Of a stretch of DNA of 64,000 bases, positions 60,260 to 64,000 are shown one piece after another (position 1 is the first letter of the stretch; each line of letters begins with the position of its first letter). Made by a program: the position numbers and the translations under genes. The notes beneath the pieces are model-generated. The model ran no database searches, was not told the origin of the DNA, and saw nothing but the letters and a program-made list of their open reading frames with translations. The stretch is from positions 274 through 64,273 of the forward strand of contig JASFMR010000004.1 of assembly GCA_050117475.1 (NCBI GenBank), in the 5' to 3' direction. Source of the stretch: Balneolaceae bacterium. Lineage in GTDB: Bacteria > Bacteroidota > Rhodothermia > Balneolales > Balneolaceae.

Positions 60260-61129
60260 ATGACAGATCGCATTGAGGTTTTAAAAACGTACAAGATATA
60301 CATCGGCGGCAACTTTCCACGAACCGAATCTGGACGCTATTATAAAGTTTATGATAGCGATGAAGAAATTCTTGCCAATGCATGCCGTTGCTCGCGTAAG
60401 GACCTGCGTAATGCTGTCGTTGAAGCGCGGAATGCTGTTGAGGGTTGGAGTGGTCGCACTGCTTACAACCGAGGACAGATTCTTTACCGCATCGCAGAGA
60501 TGCTCGAAACCCGAAAGACACAGTTCATCGAAGAGCTCGAAACTGTTGGCTACAAAACAAAGAAGGCTACTTCAGAAGTCGAAGCCACCATCGACAGGCT
60601 GATCTATTACGCTGGCTGGTCGGATAAATATCAGCAAGTCTTTGGAACGGTAAACCCGGTGGCCAGCTCACATTTCAACTTTTCGATGCCGGAACCAATG
60701 GGAATCGTAAATATCTGGGCACCGGAAGATAGTCCGCTTTTAGGGTTGGTATCGGTTGTCGCACCCGTTATTGTGGGAGGCAATACCTGCGTAGTTCTTG
60801 CTTCCGAGAAATATCCCTTGAGTGCAATAAGCTTTGCAGAAGTACTCAATTCCTCAGATGTTCCGGGCGGAGTCGTGAACATTCTTACCGGTTACCGTTC
60901 AGAGCTAATGGAACATATGACAACACACAAGGACGTAAATGCTTTTTTCTACACTGACAGTTCAGTAGGTAAGGAAACAAGGAAACAAATTGATGAGAAT
61001 GCTACTTTAAACTTAAAACGCGTGGTACGGGATAAGATTGAAGACTGGTCTAAAAGTGATACACAGTCTCCCTATTTTATTACGAACTTTCAGGAAACAA
61101 AAACGACTTGGCACCCTGTTGGACTTTAA
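60260..61129 (+). CDS. Truncated aldehyde dehydrogenase paralog (NAD-binding domain only)
   Basis: 289 aa; N-terminal ALDH homology to VVNILTG; lacks ELGGK, the catalytic Cys and EEIFGP; ends FQETKTTWHPVGL. Confidence 0.85.
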   Translation: MTDRIEVLKTYKIYIGGNFPRTESGRYYKVYDSDEEILANACRCSRKDLRNAVVEARNAVEGWSGRTAYNRGQILYRIAEMLETRKTQFIEELETVGYKTKKATSEVEATIDRLIYYAGWSDKYQQVFGTVNPVASSHFNFSMPEPMGIVNIWAPEDSPLLGLVSVVAPVIVGGNTCVVLASEKYPLSAISFAEVLNSSDVPGGVVNILTGYRSELMEHMTTHKDVNAFFYTDSSVGKETRKQIDENATLNLKRVVRDKIEDWSKSDTQSPYFITNFQETKTTWHPVGL

Positions 61130-61132
61130 TTT

Positions 61133-61744
61133 ATGAGTTTACACTATCGAAATCTTTTTTACACATTCATTGTAATCACCATAGTCATCTCGACAGCCTG
61201 TAGCACTACCAAGAAAGTGGCTGATGATTCAGGATCCAGGCGTGAAGACTCTATTCGGGTAGCAAGGGAAAGTATGAGCGATTTACAACTGATGCTCGAT
61301 AACAATCGTAGCGAGTTAAGTGATGTTTATGCTACTCAGCGCCAGGATATGCCTTCTGTATTTTTAAAGAAAAGCTCCAGTGACGAATCCATCAATAGCG
61401 ACCCCTTCGATGGGTATCGGATTCAAATAATTTCAACCAAGAATGTACAGTTGGCTGATTCGGTAGCAAATGCATTCAGGGTTTGGTCAGATACAACCAT
61501 TGTCGGCTATTCAGCCAAGGCATATGTGTTCTTCAAACAACCATTTTATAAAGTTCACGTCGGGGATTTTCATAACCGGGATAAGGCAGATGACTTCACT
61601 CAATTAGTGAAACATAATTATCCGGATGCATGGGTGGTGCATGACCGTATTGACCCTTCCAACATGCCGGCTGATACTACTTCCTTCTCAATCATCAAAC
61701 CCGGTGAAAAGAAAGAGGTTAAGTCCGGCAGTATTCAAAAATAA
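61133..61744 (+). CDS. SPOR-domain lipoprotein
   Basis: Lipobox ISTAC; GYRIQIIS...FKQPFYKVHVGDF...YPDAWVV. Confidence 0.85.
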   Translation: MSLHYRNLFYTFIVITIVISTACSTTKKVADDSGSRREDSIRVARESMSDLQLMLDNNRSELSDVYATQRQDMPSVFLKKSSSDESINSDPFDGYRIQIISTKNVQLADSVANAFRVWSDTTIVGYSAKAYVFFKQPFYKVHVGDFHNRDKADDFTQLVKHNYPDAWVVHDRIDPSNMPADTTSFSIIKPGEKKEVKSGSIQK

Positions 61745-61860
61745 ATGGACGTCCTTAAAATTAGGTAGCCCTTCCCATCCCGATATTATAACCTAATACA
61801 TCCCGTAGCTAGAATTGCCTTAGAAAAATAATCGATGGGCAATACGATTGAGTATTTCAA

Positions 61861-62955
61861 TTATACATTAAACCGGAAAAGCATTACATCGCCATCCTGT
61901 ACAGTATAATCTTTACCTTCCTGGCGCATCTTACCGGCGTCTTTAACCGCCTTTTCGGACCCCAAATCTTTATAAGTTTCAAAACCGACAGTCTCTGCCC
62001 GGATAAAACCGCGTTCGAAGTCAGTGTGGATAACGCCGGCTGCCTGTGGAGCTTTGGTTCCTTTTTTGATCGTCCATGCCCGAACTTCTTTGGGCCCAGC
62101 AGTAAAATAAGTAATGAGTCCCAGCTCTTTATAAGCCGCCCTGATTAGTCGTTCCAGTCCGGCACTTTCAACGCCCAGCTCGTGTAGAAACATTTGCTTT
62201 TCTTCATCATCCAGCTGAGCAATTTCTTCTTCAATCTTAGCACAAAAAGTTACGACCTCGTCGTCAAATTTTGAGGCTATTTCTTTTACTTTATTAACCC
62301 ATTCGTTACCGGAGTCCAGGTCCTCCTCGGAGACATTGCAAGCATAAAGCACCGGTTTGTCCGACAACAGGAAAAGATCTCGATAAGCTTTTCGCTCTTC
62401 CCCATCCACTTTAAAGGTTCGCGCAGCATTCCCATTTTCAAGGTGCTCTTTCAGTTTTTTGACGACTTCGAATTGCTGAATAATCTTTTTATCACCGCTC
62501 TTGGCATCCTTCTGGAGATTCGAAAGCCGTTTTTCTACCGACTCCAAGTCCTTTAGTATCAATTCGTCCTCTATAATGTGGATATCACGTTCCGGGTCTA
62601 CATTACCTTCAACGTGAATAACATTCTCGTCGTCAAAACAGCGGACCACATGAACAATCAGATCTACTTCCCGGATGTGGGAAAGAAAAGCATTGCCCTT
62701 CCCTTTTCCTTCGGAAGCCCCTTTTACTAAACCGGCGATATCAACGAACTCAACACTCGTAGGGATCTTCTTCTTGGATTGTACGATTTCATAAAGATCA
62801 TCCAGCCGTTTATCCGGTACCGGGACCACACCGATGTTGGGATCTATTGTACAAAAGGGAAAGTTCGCCGCATCGGCTCCGGCATCACTTAATGCATTAA
62901 AAAGTGTTGACTTACCCACATTGGGCAGTCCTACAATTCCACAGCGTAAGCTCAT
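61861..62955 (-). CDS. ychF: Redox-regulated ATPase YchF
   Basis: GIVGLPNVGKST, NFPFCTIDPN, DIAGLV, GVIHTDFERGFI, DGDVMLFRFNV. Confidence 0.97.
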   Translation of the reverse strand: MSLRCGIVGLPNVGKSTLFNALSDAGADAANFPFCTIDPNIGVVPVPDKRLDDLYEIVQSKKKIPTSVEFVDIAGLVKGASEGKGKGNAFLSHIREVDLIVHVVRCFDDENVIHVEGNVDPERDIHIIEDELILKDLESVEKRLSNLQKDAKSGDKKIIQQFEVVKKLKEHLENGNAARTFKVDGEERKAYRDLFLLSDKPVLYACNVSEEDLDSGNEWVNKVKEIASKFDDEVVTFCAKIEEEIAQLDDEEKQMFLHELGVESAGLERLIRAAYKELGLITYFTAGPKEVRAWTIKKGTKAPQAAGVIHTDFERGFIRAETVGFETYKDLGSEKAVKDAGKMRQEGKDYTVQDGDVMLFRFNV

Positions 62956-62994
62956 TTTTTAAAATCAGTTTAATACTTAAAATTAATTTTTTTC

Positions 62995-63663
62995 CTATCT
63001 GTCAAGGCATACCTGCTGAATAAACTCCCCTTCGGGTAAAACAGCAGCAGTAAGCTTTCCATACCCCACCCGATCATAGACGCAGCCCGTATCAATCCCA
63101 ATCATATGGTCTTTTACAAGGGGACGAGGACGAGGTGTATGCCCGAAAATTACTGTTTTTTCCCAGGGAGTTTCAAAAGCATTAAGATGTGATCGCTCCC
63201 ACAAAAACTCTCGTATTTCATCTTCGTCCTGGAGGCTTTCTTCTATCGTTTTGGTAGGTGACAGTCCGGCGTGAACAAAAAAATAATCCTCCGTTTCGTA
63301 GTACAGTTTTGTACTTTTATAAAAGTTCAGGTGCTCTTCGGATATACTTACTGATTTACCGTCCGAGCCGTACGATTTTAACGTTGAACGCCCTCCATTC
63401 ATCATCCAGAGATTAAATTCGCCGCGAGTTACTGCGTCCAAAAGCATTTGCTCATGATTACCACGCAAAAAAACAGCATCGACTTCATTACCGAAAGCTA
63501 TCAACCGCTCAACCACTTTTTGGGAATCAGGTCCCCGGTCAATATAATCTCCAACAAATACAAATTGTCGATCATAATAAGGCTCCAGTTTTTTGAGCAA
63601 CATTTCCATCGACTTATAACAGCCATGAATATCGCCAATAGCTATAAATTGTTGAATACTCAC
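62995..63663 (-). CDS. Metallophosphoesterase (PPP/ApaH-like Ser/Thr phosphatase)
   Basis: GDIHG, GDYIDRG, GNHE, VHAG, FGHTP, IDTG. Confidence 0.92.
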   Translation of the reverse strand: MSIQQFIAIGDIHGCYKSMEMLLKKLEPYYDRQFVFVGDYIDRGPDSQKVVERLIAFGNEVDAVFLRGNHEQMLLDAVTRGEFNLWMMNGGRSTLKSYGSDGKSVSISEEHLNFYKSTKLYYETEDYFFVHAGLSPTKTIEESLQDEDEIREFLWERSHLNAFETPWEKTVIFGHTPRPRPLVKDHMIGIDTGCVYDRVGYGKLTAAVLPEGEFIQQVCLDR

Positions 63664-63675
63664 TATGTAAATAGT

Positions 63676-64000
63676 CTAAGAATTAAGGGATGATTCAATA
63701 AGGCCTCTCCCTTTCTTATTAATGCGGTTATCTTTTTGGAGTTGCTCCAGGGCTGAATCCAGAATCCCGTTAACAAAATTGCCTGATTTTTGAGTGGAAT
63801 ATCTCTTAGCGATTTCGATCGCCTCATTTATCGTCACTTTGGTGGGAATGTTTTCAAAGAATAAAAATTCTGCAATGGCCATACGTAATATGAGTCTGTC
63901 AATGGTAGTGAGCCTATCTATGCGCCAATTTTTAATATGGGTCTGGATAATCTTATCCAAATCCTCTTGTTTGTTGACAACTCTCAAAAACAATCGTTCG
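63676..64000 (-). CDS. nusB: Transcription antitermination factor NusB (5' end beyond window)
   Basis: NWRIDRL..IDR.ILR, PTKVTINEAIEIAKRYS, FVNGILD. Confidence 0.93.
   Translation of the reverse strand, partial: ERLFLRVVNKQEDLDKIIQTHIKNWRIDRLTTIDRLILRMAIAEFLFFENIPTKVTINEAIEIAKRYSTQKSGNFVNGILDSALEQLQKDNRINKKGRGLIESSLNS

Overview
Bacterial chromosomal window with no rRNA, tRNA, CRISPR array, integrase or transposase that I can see. Gene style suggests a Balneolota/Rhodothermota- or Bacteroidota-like host; this is inference only. Positions ~57,700-64,000 are ordinary core genes: deoC with two aldehyde dehydrogenases, a SPOR lipoprotein, ychF, a metallophosphoesterase and nusB. Positions 1-57,600 form a dense accessory stress/bioenergetics island that runs off the left edge. 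It contains a MacB-type ABC exporter, archease-rtcB-capA, a monoheme cytochrome c/beta-barrel fusion with a pentaheme cytochrome, DksA, a phosphoribosyltransferase, an orphan GroEL, PolX, an M50-CBS protease, four P-type ATPases, a degenerate CheB, a 2879-aa cyclic beta-1,2-glucan synthase, an N-ATPase operon split by a cation/H+ antiporter plus P-type ATPase, PEP synthase, an SDR, Hsp20, a FixL-like heme-PAS kinase with a NarL-type regulator, a Met/Gln-rich periplasmic protein with a second barrel, and a BCAM0308-like protein. Main hypothesis: the island is a physically clustered low-oxygen/dormancy regulon, analogous to the Mycobacterium DosR regulon and the Burkholderia lxa locus. It would be controlled by the resident heme-PAS two-component system through a recurring TAGGG-N4-CCCTA-like palindrome, which I found in most of the island's larger intergenic regions. 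All annotations are motif-based by eye; no database searches were run.
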